Positions 49,925-63,774 of a stretch of 64,000 nt of DNA are shown here, piece after piece. Origin of the DNA: Octopus sinensis (taxonomy: Eukaryota); assembly GCF_006345805.1 (NCBI RefSeq), contig NC_043006.1, positions 83,762,001 through 83,826,000 of the forward strand. Direction: 5' to 3'. Positions within the stretch are counted from its first letter, which is position 1; every line of letters starts with the position of its first letter. The notes beneath the pieces were generated by a model. The model was not told the DNA's origin, did no database searches, and was given only the letters and a program-made list of their open reading frames with translations. Position numbers and translations under genes: made by a program.

Positions 49925-50330
49925 TTTATTGTTTTGGCTTCGAGCTTTCATTTCAGATTCTCATCCGCCAGCCAGAGCCAGCTTCTTTATTTCTAATATT
50001 CTTGGTTTGTTACATGAATTGGTCATGCAATTCTATTTCTTTCCATCCCCTTGCTCTATTGTTCTCCCTTCTCTTTTTGTATTCTTACAGTTTTTCAGTC
50101 AAGTTTGGGGCATCTGTAACTTTCTTTGCTCCGCACAGCATAATTTTTCAACCCCAATATCGCGGCACTAACGACATCTCTTTTTAATAATCCTTTACCC
50201 GTTCCTTTCTTTGTAGGAAGAGTCTGTCGAAAAATTTGTTTAGGATGGTGTGCGTTGTGCATTGTGAGCAGCTTTCTAGTTCTATCCAAGATCTATAGCT
50301 CGGCCTTTGTCCATTTCAGAAAGGGCTGAG
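49925..50330 (-). pseudogene. R4-type RT/linker fragment
   Basis: KWTKAEL..DRTRKLLTMHNAHHPK..W.EIELHDQF. Confidence 0.65.
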
Positions 50331-51439
50331 TGGTTAGGGCAATCAGCTCACGATCGTAAGGTCGTGAGTTCGATTCCCGGCGGTGTGTTGTGTTCTTGAG
50401 CAAGACACTATATTTCGCATTGCTCCAGTCCACTAAGTTGGCAAAAATAAGTTAAATCTGTAATTCAAAGTGCTGTCTTGTCACATTCTGTGTCACACTG
50501 AATCTCCCTAACAACCACGTTAAGGATACGCGTGTCTGTGGAGTGATCCGCCACTTTCACGTTAATTTCAAGAGTAAGTTGTGCTGTTGATCGGATCAAC
50601 AAATAAGGAAAAGAGATGAAGGGATCAATTACCTTTTCAGTGAGTGTGGTAGACCCCGAAAAGGTGAACTGCAAAGTTCAGAGAGGGAGCAGGTTATTCC
50701 TCCAATTGATCAGTGACGGAGTGTCAGCTAATAAAACATAGTAAAATGTAATTGGCAAAAACTGTTAATCAAACAGACCGAATTAAGGATTTTAAATTTT
50801 GGATAAGAGTTTTGAAGTGGCTAGTTTAAGTTGGAATGATTATATGAAAAAGAGCGCTCACGTTAAAACAGAGGCAAATCGTAACTCGAAAATAAATGCT
50901 GCTCGATAAACAAGCTCGATAAGAACTTGCCACAGCCGACAAAGTAAAGTATGGATTTTTCCAGCTGTGTGTGTGTGTGTGCCACGTTTTTACGCTGGCA
51001 GAAGCCAAATCATAGGTGAATTGAGAGTAGTCTATTTATGTTGGGGGCGCGGAATTTCGAGGAAAAAATTATAAGAAAAAGCGTCTTAAGACAAAAGAGC
51101 ACACATGTCAAATTTGGTGGAATTCGGTTGAAAATTGTAGTAGAAGTGGTTTACAAAACACATACACATACAAACAACTTGCCTTTTAATATATAAGATG
51201 AAACGCGTATCGTTACATAGACGTGGTGGGTTCAAATCCTAGGCGAATTGAAAGTAATCTATTTATGTTGGGGGCGCGGAATTTCGAGGAAAAAATTATA
51301 AGGAAAAGCGTCTTAATTCAAAGAGAGCACACATGTCAAATTTGGTGTAATTCGGTTGAAAATTGCCTTCTAATATGTAGTAGTATTAGCAGCAGCAGTA
51401 GCAGTAGTGGTGGTGGTGGTGGTGGTGGTGGGAGAGCGA

Positions 51440-51971
51440 TGCATGCTACCAAAGTGACACTGGGGTAAAATACATAAAGCCCAGTATACCCATCACGACT
51501 ACCCGTCTGATAAAGGTACTCCAAGCACATGCATCACAACCATATGTGCGCGACATGGTGATCTCGTATTAAGATAAACAGCTCGTGACCTTGCAGGTGG
51601 GGCCCAGTTAGAATTTTATTCAGATCGAGTAGCCCATCAACATGTCCCTGAATAAGGGTTGTTTAAAGATGATGAACAAAACAGCCATGCTTCCAATATT
51701 AATTATTCAAAGCCAAAAGAATTCCTCTCGATACATGGCTATGATGCTCCCCCACTACTTCTGTTTGAGATCAGAGATGCACATATCAACAGCCACCAAG
51801 GGACATTCTCAACTGGTTAAAATCAAACAACTGACAAGCAAATCTGTGGTATTGAGCAGAATATTTGCTGTAGCCCATCTTTTATACCAAGACAAAACAA
51901 GGTACATGATAACACTTACAATCAGTTAAGACCAGAAGCCATGAGAGCCACTGCCTGGTATTGCATCAGGG

Positions 51972-51975
<4 letters not shown>
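51440..51975 (+). mobile_element. Non-autonomous retroposon with (ATT)n tail
   Basis: Its 3' end is the reverse complement of 42672-42798. Confidence 0.6.
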
Positions 51976-52025
<50 letters not shown>

Positions 52026-53339
52026 GTTGTTGTTGTTGTTGCTGCTGCTGTTATCAAAAATGACTAACTGCCGGATGTAATATTAAAATGACTAAATACC
52101 GGATGTTGGCGCAGTGCTTCAAGTAGTCAGTCCTGACTAGACAGAGGCATTCTTTGCGTGATCATCCTATATTTCACTTACTTTTCGTTTCAGGTGCAAT
52201 GTAAATAAAACTATATTATCCAGTGTCTCTATATTACCGATGCAGTGAGTTTAGCCTGCGTGCTGTCATGCGATCCTACCTACTGCTTATGTGACACATG
52301 TCATTTAGCAAGACTAGGTGTTTCGACGAAGAAACAAAACAACACGACTGAAATGACGTAATTGGTCGAGTACCCATAAATACTTAGCTGTTATTTCTAG
52401 CAACTGCAGAGAGGTTTATAATGCTGATTTCAAATTTTATCTCAAGGCAAGTAATTTTGGGGTATAGAGATAAGTCTCAAGGCCAGCAATTTAGTGGGGG
52501 TGGGAATTAAGTCGATTACATCGACCTCAGTACTCAACTGGTACATGTTTTATCGATCCCGAGAGGATGAAAGGCAAAGTCGGCCTTTGTGGAGACAGAT
52601 CGTGTAACTGCCTCATCATTCTGCCTCGTAACAAGCGAGGCGTATTAATGAGTCAGTCGCTCTAAACAGTGTTGCAAAGAGTGTTGGCACCAATAGCGGC
52701 TTTTTATAGGGCACAAGAAGAAAATTCCAGATGATCGCATCACGCGATGGACTGACACAGTTAGTTGCGTAGTAAACCGATCACGTGAAACAACTGTGGT
52801 TCGTCGTGATACTGGTTACCTAGCGGTTCGGTTTCGAATCACCGTTGCAACATCAAGTGAAATTTTAATGTTATAAAATGATGAGTAAAGTAGTCGCTAA
52901 CTTCAGTATTTGTAATTCTGGTTGAGCAGATTTTTCTTTCAAAATGAGATACAGAATTTCAAAGTGAGACATTACCACTTCAAATTGAGCGTAACCGCTC
53001 CAAAGTTAGAACAGCGGCGTCAAAGCGAATGAACACAAAGCGTTTCAGTTTTTATTTGATTGTTGCAAGCATATTATTCTGTTCGACAAGTAAATTTTTC
53101 TTGTACCTCGCGGTACAGCCTAATATATGATGAAAGTATTGTTCCTTCCCATTTTTGCATTTTACTGACTTTTTTAAAAAACTTATTTCAAAATATTTCC
53201 GTTGCACTTCAGTAATTTTAAGTATTTCTCATATTCAGCTATCCTTTTGCACGAGTTCTTTCTTGTTTATATTTTACTGAACACTGCCAAACATTTTAAA
53301 GTGTGTGTGCATGAGCATTAGTAGTAGTGGTGGTGGTGA

Positions 53340-53397
<58 letters not shown>

Positions 53398-54136
53398 GGT
53401 GGTGTTTGTTGCGGTGAGCGTTCTATGAGTATACGATCAAATACATTGACACCTGTACGTGAGCACTTTCCACAGCAAGCACACAGCAGCACATACATGC
53501 ACACAACCACATGCACACACACAAAACACACACACATAGACATAGACACACCCGAGTAAACACAACATATTCAACAATAACAATCGATAAAGTGAAGGGA
53601 CAATGTGAGCATTACATATCTGACGTACAAGTATTGTGGCTTACGGGAACAATCCAGCTAATAAAAACGATTTATCTAATAGAAAATATAACCTCAAAGC
53701 ATCATAGCAGAATTTCTAATATCTTTTCTACTATAAACACAAAGCCCGAGATTTTGGAGGAGCGGGGTTAAGTCGATTACATCGGCTCCAGTGCTCAACT
53801 GGTACTTATTTTATCGACCTCGGCGGAATTTGAACTCAGAACGTAAAGACGAACGAAATACCTATTTATTTACTACCCACAAGGGGTTAAACACAGACAG
53901 GACAAACAAGGACAGACAAATGGATTAAGTCGATTATCTCGACCCCAGTGCGTAACTGGTACTTAATTTATCGACCCCGAAAGGATGAAAGGCAAAGTCG
54001 ACTTCGGTGGAATTTGAACTCAGAACGTAGCGACAGACGAAATGCCGCTAAGCATTTCGCCTGGCGTGCTAACGATTCTGCCAGCTCGCCACCTTAACAG
54101 AATTTTTAATATCAACAATGTGAACTTGCTTGGTTA

Positions 54137-54642
54137 CCGTAAATTCTCGAGTATAATCCGCATTTTTCCCCAAAAAATTTAAAGGTCAAAATCCTTAGTG
54201 CGTACTATATACGAGGTTAAAAATGAAAAATATTTTCTAAGCAATGTCTGAGTCTCTATTTGCTGTTTGGCAATGTTTATTCAGACGTATTTTGTGATGT
54301 CGGGCGCGAAAATACTTTAAGCTAAGCCTGAAAGCAATGAAGTCAGAAAAGAATCGTCCATAACTTACAGTAAGCAACATTTATTAAAGTAAAAGTATTC
54401 AGAACACAGAATAACATGTAACAAAAACAATTTGCAAACATATTTACATTCCCATATAACAGTTAGGAACATTACCATTATTGTATTACGCATGCGTGGA
54501 AGTGTTTGTTCGACTAGGTGCTGCTGGCTTAATTACGCACGACTCAAGTTAGAGAAGGGGTTCGTATTATACACAAGGTTTAGGTTTTTCAGCGGTACAG
54601 CCTCCTAAAAATCCCCAGCGTATTATACTCGTGGATTTACGG
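54137..54642. mobile_element. Tc2/pogo-like MITE, copy 3
   Basis: Same TIR family and TA TSD; short deletion in the right TIR. Confidence 0.85.
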
Positions 54643-55014
54643 TAATTACAAGTTTTCAGCAACCAAACAACGAAGCAAACCGCTCGTCAGTCTGTAATAC
54701 AGAGTGCGGCAGTAAAACGACCGTTGGTGTCGCTTATGAAGTTTGGCAATCAGTAATCGTGTCTTCATGTAACTCATATTTTGCCGTTTTCTTTTCAGTT
54801 TTCATCATAATTTAGACTGGTTCGTTTTCTGTTGAAACGTTTGTCAAGAATAGTGAATCTAAGACGATTTTTTTGTTTTTGTCACAAGTCGTACCTTTCA
54901 GTTGTTTTTTTTTTTTAGGAGTAATTACGAGGTTATGGGACCTCGTTTTAATGTTTTTGAAAATAATATCTCGTTGTGTGTATTTTGACTCACCTGTAAC
55001 GATAAACGTCGTCC

Positions 55015-55316
55015 CTTTTCAAGCCCAGCCAGGCTCATGGGCCCGCTTTCCCGGTTTCTGTGACGTATGTGTTCACCCCAGCTGTGACGTATGTGTTCAC
55101 GCCAGTCATCGCAGCGTTACTCAAGAAATAGGAAGAGTGAGAAAAAGTTGTGGCGAAAGAGTACAACAGGGGTCGCCACCACCCCTTGCCGAAGCCTCGT
55201 GGAGCTCTTAGGTGTTTTCGCTCAATAAACACATACAACGCCCGGTCTGGGAATCGAAACCGCGATCCTCCGACCGCGAGTCCGCTTCCCTAACCACTGG
55301 GCCATTGCGCCTCCAC
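55015..55316 (-). mobile_element. tRNA-derived SINE (OR-type-like)
   Basis: Reverse complement of the 48373 head; internal 20-bp tandem duplication CTGTGACGTATGTGTTCAC. Confidence 0.8.
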
Positions 55317-55771
55317 TGTTACACCTCTAGGATTGTTAATTATTTGTGCATGTATGTCTGGTATAGAAAGTTTCGTTTCTTTTTTGTACATATTTTATGC
55401 ACAAGAAACATTTCTCTATGGGGTTAAGTATATGTGAGATAGACCGATACACGTTTCAAACAAGAATTTTGACTAATTTTGAGTTCATGGCGAACAGCTG
55501 TATCATCAAATGTGCAAATTTATGTGTAGCCTTGAAGAAAAGAAAAAATATATATTGCTTAGGTAAGAAGTATTTTAAGGTCAGTTTAACCTTCTACTAC
55601 AATCTTTGCGTGGTTGGATTGTCGACGACGAAACAGCAAATTTCGGGTGAACCTTTCGTTTCGGTTCTTGAAATTCCGTGTCTGTCTGTGACAAAGAACT
55701 ACAGAATGTTTTGCTAAAATAGTTGTTTCTTTTCAAATATCATCAGAAAAAAGTAATTAAAATTCATTAAA

Positions 55772-56742
55772 ATGACAGATCTATCGGACTTTCAAAGAGG
55801 GAAAAACCTCGTCGTCGAAACAAAACTCTGGGAGAAAGCCAAAACTTTCAGATAGGGACCGTCGGACTCTTACACGAATTGTTAGAAAGGCTCACAAAAG
55901 TATAGCTCCCATAATTACTGCAGAGCTTAATGACAACATCGAAAACCCAGCTCCCACAAAAACTGTTCGCCGGGAGCTGCACAAAGCCGGATTTCACGGG
56001 AGGGCTGCAAACAGAAACCACTACTTTCAAAAACAAATGTTACAAAGCGTTTAGAGTGGAGTAAAAACCTACAGAATTTGTCCCTAAAGCAGTGGGAAAA
56101 TGTTATTTTCTCAGATGAGTCATCCTTTTCCTTATTTCCGACTACTGGCCGAGTATACGTGTGGGGACAGCCAAAAGAAACATTTGGCCCAGCTGCCTTC
56201 TTCCAACTGTTAAACATGAAAGAGGATCTGTGATGATCTGGGGGCTATATCGTAGAAATTCGCCGGCCAAATGGTTTCTCTTCATGGCAGAATTAATAGT
56301 CAAGATTATTTAAGCATTTTATCTGATCAAATCCATCCTGTGATTGCGGAATTGTTTTCGGAGGGAAACGCAATCTTTCAGGATGATAATGCACCAATTC
56401 ACCCAGCTAAAGTTGTTACTGAATGGTACGAGGAACATTCTAGTGAAGTTGAACATGGTATCTGATCATCACAGTCCCCAGATCTCAATATTATTGAACA
56501 TTTATGGTGCATTTTAGGAAAACAATTAAGGCGTCGATATCCTCCACCATCATCATTCCAAGAACTGGAGACTATTTTAGCTGAAGAATGGACAAAACTT
56601 CGTTTGGAAACAATTCAAACTTTGTACGAGTCCATTACTCGTAGAATTCAAGTTGTAATTACTGCCAAAGGCGGTTCTACCACATATTAAAATTAATTTG
56701 TTTGAAATTTTAAGGTGTTTCCATTATTTTGTCCAACACCTG
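55772..56742 (+). pseudogene. Tc1-family DD36E transposase remnant with right TIR
   Basis: MTDLSDFQRG (internal deletion), FSDESSF, FQDDNAP-36 aa-NIIEHLW, KGGSTTY*. Right end GTCCAACACCTG|TA; left TIR not found. Confidence 0.85.
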
Positions 56743-57401
56743 TATATACATATTATATTGTGTGTGTGAGAGAGAGAAAGATAATATAGTTGTATATATA
56801 TGTATATATGTATGTGTATGTGTATATATATGTATGTATAATGTATATATGTGGAGAGAGAGAGAGGAGGAGGAGGAGGGGTATTATTCAAACGATCTAT
56901 GAAATCATAAAACAGAGCTTTTGTTTGTGACATTGACTGAAAATACTACAAAATATTTCGCATGTCTAACTTAAGCTTGAGCTGCTTCAAAGAGATACCT
57001 AAACATCTGAAGTTTAAATATGGTCTTAAATTTAATCAAATCAATTAATTACGAAATCGGGGCAAATATGTGAAAATTCAGCAGTTTAAAATAGAAAGCT
57101 GCAAAATTTGCATGTAAATTAATGTTCTGATTTAACTTTGTCCAATATCATATGATTTATGTTCTACTCTAATGCTGGTCAGAAATCGAATACTTGTTAC
57201 AGTACATTTCACAAGCTCCCCAGAGCAGAACACTGGCTGACCATTTGGAGCGAGACGGAAAAAAATAACAGACCCATTCGAGATTAACTACAGCCGTTCA
57301 TTTCATAGGAGAGACGTAAAAAGTATATATAAAAAAAGCAATCTCCTTCAAAAAAGAAGAACCCCCTACAAGAAGCGCAATTATAAGAGATGAGAATATA
57401 C

Positions 57402-57817
57402 GGATCTTTTCGGTTTGAACGGCAGTTTTTTCTAGCGGTATCATATGAAATTGTCACCCATAATTATGACCCTAGTATCGATCTATTGCATTTCAATCTG
57501 TTTTAGGGTTAGGGTTAGGGGTGGGGGAAAGGGTATCTTTTTGTTTCACAAATGTAAATAAACCTAATTTGTTTCTTAAACGAGGGACATATTCATACGG
57601 CACAGAATTTTTTTTTACCTCAATAGACGTCATTGATTAGTTGAAATTGCAGAAATTGAAGAAAAAACAACAAATATCTTACAAACTATAGAATTTTCTC
57701 AATAAAGCCAAGAGAAAAAGATGTTTTATAAACACATTCTACCAGCATACGAAGTTTAAAAGTGTTTAGTTACGTGGAAATTATTTTAAAAAACTGCCGT
57801 TCAAACCGAAAAGATCC
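57402..57817. mobile_element. Non-autonomous TIR element containing TTAGGG repeats
   Basis: ~28-bp TIR GGATCTTTTCGGTTTGAACGGCAGTTTT; internal TTAGGGTTAGGGTTAGGG; no clear TSD. Confidence 0.8.
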
Positions 57818-58062
57818 GAATGTACTAAAGAAGATAACTTTATTGCTCCAAGTCGTTCAAAATTCCTTGAGGCTTGACAGATAATCTCATTGTACCTAGG
57901 CTTTCTAGCTAAGTCACCTATACCGCTAATAACCTTACAGGTGCCAAACCAGTGGTCACTCTCTGATCAAGCCATAAACATTAACCTTTGAAGTATTTCT
58001 GCTCTAAAGTTTTAGAGTGAGCTTCTTTTCGGATTTATGAACTACTGGCCGATTATATATAT

Positions 58063-58295
58063 CAGGGTAGCCCAAAATGTAGGTTTACAGTTATCGTGCA
58101 CGCACTTTAAATTTCTTATAAAACATTTTATTACATTTGAATTTCTATCTTACAAACTGAAAAGGGAGCTTCACAAAATGAACTAAATTAACATAGATTA
58201 ATGGTTTCATATATCTTTATAATTAAGATCTAAACTGTTATTGTATGAATGTGAAAGAGATAGTTGCATAACTATAAACCTACTTTTGGATCACC

Positions 58296-58298
<3 letters not shown>
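58063..58298. mobile_element. Tc1/mariner-type MITE
   Basis: CAGGGTAGCCCAAAATGTAGGTTTACAGTT versus inverse CAGGGTGATCCAAAAGTAGGTTTATAGTT; in a TA-rich site. Confidence 0.75.
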
Positions 58299-58377
<79 letters not shown>

Positions 58378-58554
58378 GTATATATATATATATGACTGAT
58401 GACTCCGGCACTGAGGCTATTTGAGCTTAGTATAAATTTAGTAAAGTGAACGTGCATTTTCAAGCTGATTTAATTTCTACTAACACTGACTTCAAGTATG
58501 TAATTTCAGCCAATAACTTCAGCCCGAGAGACACTAATGACCTGGATTCGCCTC

Positions 58555-58649
<95 letters not shown>

Positions 58650-59497
58650 TGTGTGTGTGCGTGTGCGTGCGTGCGTGCTAACCTTAACCCCACAATCTTT
58701 TATTCATACGAACGTGACTGATATGAAATATGTCATAAATAACAGTGACAAACTAAATAGAGACCGCAGGAAGTTGTTGTTGACAAACAACAACAGAAAT
58801 TGTAGTCACCTCAAAAGACGTCATTAATTAGTTGAAATTGCCGAAATGCAAGAAATTTAACAACAAATAGCTTACAAACTACAGAATTTTCTCAAGAAAG
58901 CCAAGAGAAAAAGATATCTTATGTAACACATTCTACCAGTATACGAAGTTCAAAAGTGTTTAGTTACAAAGAAATTATTTTTTAAATCTGCCGGTCAAAG
59001 CGAAAAGATCTTCACTTCGTCTACAATACACATTTTAAAACACATACCATGAATACAATGCCTTCACCTGTCGCCACACAAATATATAGCTAGCCAGTTC
59101 TTAGCCAGACATAGCATACATCAATCACATGGGGAATTCAGCAATGTAACCTCCGGCAAATAATTTTTTCTAATCAATATAACGTTCAAGTTTAAATAAA
59201 TGGTTTCATAAAAAAAAACTACAATGAACTTACTTTTATGTGAGAAACAATACACAGCCTAAACCAGTTTAAACCAGCCCAAACCAAATAACCTAAAATA
59301 ACAAAGATCCATCTCAAAAGCCCTATAATGGTGACACTGACAGAGAAAGGCTAGTATCCGAATCCTAAATGGTGATGCACAAGCTCTCTCTCCCCAGGGT
59401 GCGCTGCCGTCTTATAGAAGAAACAGCTAAAAATTAATAAAATTCACTGCATAATTTCCTATTCCTTTGTCTTTATTTAATTTCACACACACACACA

Positions 59498-59545
<48 letters not shown>

Positions 59546-60026
59546 AAGAAAACAGGAATCTGGAAAATTTTTTGGAATTATTTATTCACCATTACACATG
59601 TTTCATTTGCCAATAGGAGTTACAAAATTGTACTTGTAGCAGAAAACATGTAAGAAATTTCCTACCAGAAATTCTCCAGACAGAGAATCAAATAATATTA
59701 ATTGATTTTCCAGAATCCTGTTTTATCATATAATAATCCTCTACAAACAATATTTCGAGAATGTTCAACTCCAGTATGTACCTAACATCAATACAATAAC
59801 GATAATAACTATATAGTGAATTGTAATACTGGAATAGACGGATGTGCTCCAACAGAACACTGCTCGGAATTTTTCCCTAACTACACATATATGTAAGTAT
59901 AAAAATATGTATGTGCATGTGTGTGCAAGTGTGTATGTGTGTATCTATCTATTTATCTATCTTCATCTTATATATATATATATATACATACACACACACA
60001 CACGCACACACACACACACACACCAC

Positions 60027-60058
<32 letters not shown>

Positions 60059-60084
60059 ATATATATATATATATAATATATATA

Positions 60085-60394
60085 TCCGTGATCACCGTAA
60101 CTGACCAGGCTATCAGATGTTGCAACACATCGCTGGTCACAATGCGCTTCGCTTTGTTTTAGCCTTCAAATGACGCCACCCCGCTGGCTAAGCGAGCAGG
60201 CCAACAGAAGAAAGAGTGAGAGAAAGTTGTGGCGAAAGAGTACACCAGGGATTGCCACCATCCCCTGCCGGAGCCTCGTGGAGCTTTGGGTGTTTTCGCT
60301 CAATAAACATTCACAACGCCTGGTCTGGGAATCGAAACCGCGATCCTACGACCGCGAGTCCGCTGCCCTAACCACTGGGCCATTGCGCCTCCAC
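60085..60394 (-). mobile_element. tRNA-derived SINE (OR-type-like)
   Basis: Same head as 48373. Confidence 0.8.
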
Positions 60395-60789
60395 ACACAC
60401 ACACACAACACACACACACACACACACATAAGTATTTATATTAAACTCCTTTCAAGTTGAACGCGACGCTCCCATACGTTATAATTTATGTCAATATTGG
60501 TAGGGTTAATCGTACGATTATTTATAACGAAATGAAACGAGAAGTGGTATGAATTTTATAGCCATTGCCAATCGATTGATAATACTCAAAACAACTTCAT
60601 CCGTCAGCTTTCATCTTTACGGGTTTCGTGCCAAAAGAAAAGAAAGAAAAGAAACATAAGGATAAATATAGTTGAAACGATAACTGATACAAATAATGTG
60701 CCATAAATCACTAAGAATAAATAGATGCTTGTAGCTCTTGTAGCGTAGATTCGGATGAAATTCCTCTCTCCCATTTATTATATATATAT

Positions 60790-62090
60790 GTGCATTCGAA
60801 CATAGCAGGGAATAGCTAGCCTTTGCCTGCTATTTGGGTCCCGTTGTTTCCACTACCTCTGATTGGTTGGTATTGGCGCAATTTGTCTCTTACTCTGTCA
60901 CTTGCCGTGTATAACCAGTCGGAATCTCTAAATAGGATCACGTTCGATAGACTATTCACCACCCTGGGATCTTTTCGGTTTGAATGGCAGTTTTTCTAGC
61001 GGTGTCATATGAAATTGTCACCCATAATTATGACCCTAGTATCGATCTATTGCATTTCAATCTATTTTAGGGTTAGGGTTAGGGGGAAGGGTATCTTTTT
61101 TTTTCTTCACAAATGTAAATAAACCCAATCTGTTTCTTAAACGAGGGACATATTCATACGGCACAGAATGTTTTTTTACCTCAATAGACGTCAGTGATTG
61201 GTTGAAATTGCAGAAATTGAAGAAAAAACAAGAAATATCTTACAAACAATAGAATTTTCTCAATAAAGCCAAGAGAAAAAGATGTTTTATAAACACATTC
61301 TACCAGTATACGAAGTTTAAAATTTTTTAGTTACCTAGAAATTATGTTAAAAACTGCCGTTCAAACAGAGAAGATCCTCATCCTGTTTTGAGCCTACAGC
61401 TCCTTATAAAAACCCAGCTTCTCCTCGTCCCGGAGTCTTTGGCTCCAGATCTTTTAAGGTCTAGCCATTGACCACAAAGACACAGCCAGTTTCAGCGACA
61501 ACGCTAGACAACACCACCACCACCACAGCAGCTACGTTGACACTTGCTAACTTCGTCCAACAGCATTACGGCAACCTCCGTCTTCGTTGCCCCCATCATG
61601 TCCTTAACGTCGTCAGCATCACCTCTCAACGTACATAGCAATTCACACAGGTTCCAACACTTCACTGTTGGTGAATTACTACACCATGGATCAACAGTGA
61701 ATATACAACCTGTATCAACTCTTGTACAAGTGACCTAGGCAGCAGCGTCACATCCACGACTTCGCGTACGACATATACCAGTATCCAGCTCAGCATTATG
61801 GCCGCGACTTCCTGATACAGTGTTTCAACTACCGTGTACTAATGACTACGAACTGGTATTGTCATCGTTCTTGTGTCTATGAACTTACTTCTCACTTCGA
61901 TGGCTATAGACTCTTTCACTCTCTCTTCTTCATTGCCATCCTTATATGTTCTTAATACGCGCATACATCTATGCTTACACACACACATACATTCTGTTCT
62001 CATGGCGGCCTGTCTATTATTCTGTATACATGACACACACAGACACACATGTTAACATATCAATAAATATTCTTCTAATCTTTCTTACGC
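60790..62090 (+). mobile_element. LTR-like repeat, copy 2, interrupted at 60967-61377
   Basis: Inverse homolog of 34810-35730; CCAAT/ATTGG boxes, TATAAAAA near 61407, AATAAA near 62063. Confidence 0.5.
60967..61377. mobile_element. TTAGGG-containing TIR element, copy 2
   Basis: Highly similar to 57402-57817. Confidence 0.8.
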
Positions 62091-63774
62091 GGCTGTGTCT
62101 TTCTTTCCCATCTGGCATTTATTTGTTCAATTCGATTTCTCTTTATTGTATAGGCCGTGTGATCGAGTACTAAAGAGCCGTTCTCGTCACCTCACATCGC
62201 ACGGTCATTGTACTCTCAAGAAATGTTATAACTGTACGTAAGTATATCATTATTCAGTTTATTTCAAGGTTTCTTGCCAACAGAGAAAGAACCGGTTTCT
62301 AACCTAGATCCAAGGCTCCTTCATTGGAATTTCAACATCAAGAACAGGATATTTTTGTATGTCTGTGTGTATGTATGTGCAGATTTGTATGTTTTATGTA
62401 TGTATTCTCATGCATGTAGTTGCATATCTAGACATGCTCATATATATTTAAATGATAAACTTCTGATGTACGTGTATATGTATGTATTATGTATGTATGT
62501 ATGTATGTGAACCTTAAGCCGCATGTGCCACCCACCCAGGAGACAAGTCGACGTAAAGGCTATTCACTGTCTAGCCTCTGACTTCCAGTTCAACTCCCAC
62601 CACTATTCTGTTGCTTCTCCCAACCTACATGCAACTAACTTCTTTTCTCTTACTGCCGTTCTCATTGCAGTCAACACTTAAACAAAGCCCGCTCAGGGAA
62701 AACCTTTCATCTATCTTCTCACGGTACCGTCAGTCCAATTAGAGTTATCGACTTTACCTTCTCAGGTTATATGACATACTTCATGTCAGGCTTAGAGACA
62801 TTTGGAAAACCTGAGTAGAGAGAAAGTTTTCTTCTTATGTGGACCCTCATCTCCCATAATTATGTTGCCTGCAAGGTCTTAGTCTTTTTTTGGAAGAGCT
62901 CGGCTCCTTCCCCACTGAGGTTGATCTCGCATAGGTCTGGCATTTTTTTTTTTTCACTTCTCTGAATTCACTTCCCCACCTCTTTACTGGAGGAGGGTGC
63001 TTCTGAGTCCAGGTCTCTTCACACGAGCATCCATTGACGTCCTTCAACCTCAGCCTACTTTCTGTTCGTACTACTACTTTCTCAGTTCCTCGCTTAATTC
63101 CTGATCTTGTGTTTACTCATGCATCTCTGATCTTTTCCTCGTTGGAGACTTTATACCGTCATCGTAAATCTACACTCAACCAACTTGATCTCTCCGGTCA
63201 ATGATGATAGGGATATCTGTAACTGCCCAACCCGGGTGTATAGATCTACTAACTTGTAACTTGGTGAAACTGCAAGCCATCTGCGAGGGTGTTTGTTAAT
63301 TCGCCTCTGGCCTATCACATCTTCCCACAGATGTCATACGGTTTTCAAAGAATCGTCACTAGCAGATCATACTGGAAGATCCAGGCCATGAACTTGCATG
63401 GAATGTCTGATCCTTCTATCTTTTTAGACCAGTCGTGATTTTTCTTTCTTTTGTTTCTGTGTCTATTATACATTGCCTCTGTTAGTAAGGAAGTGGGAGC
63501 ATCATACTTCTTCCATATGTATTTTATCGGGTTCTCCTCATTTGATGGAACGTGACCTCACCCTGAATAGGAAGCCGGTATTCGCCACACACTTTCCCAC
63601 TCCTGATCACCAATTTTCTGGCTTCTTATTTTTGTGTAAATGCATGCACGTTCGTACGTGCGTACCTATGTATGTATGTATGTATGTATGTATGTATGTA
63701 TGTATGTATGTATGTATGTATGTATGTATGTATGTATGCGTATGTGTGTGTAGACTCACACACACATACACGCA

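Noticed and set aside
57500-57530. Telomere or interstitial telomeric fusion scar
   Set aside because: Only 2-3 TTAGGG units are present, internal to a repeated TIR element.
62530-63430. Host gene in a GC-richer unique-looking stretch
   Set aside because: There is no sustained ORF or splice pattern, and faint minus-strand RT-like words suggest an old LINE. Too degraded to call.
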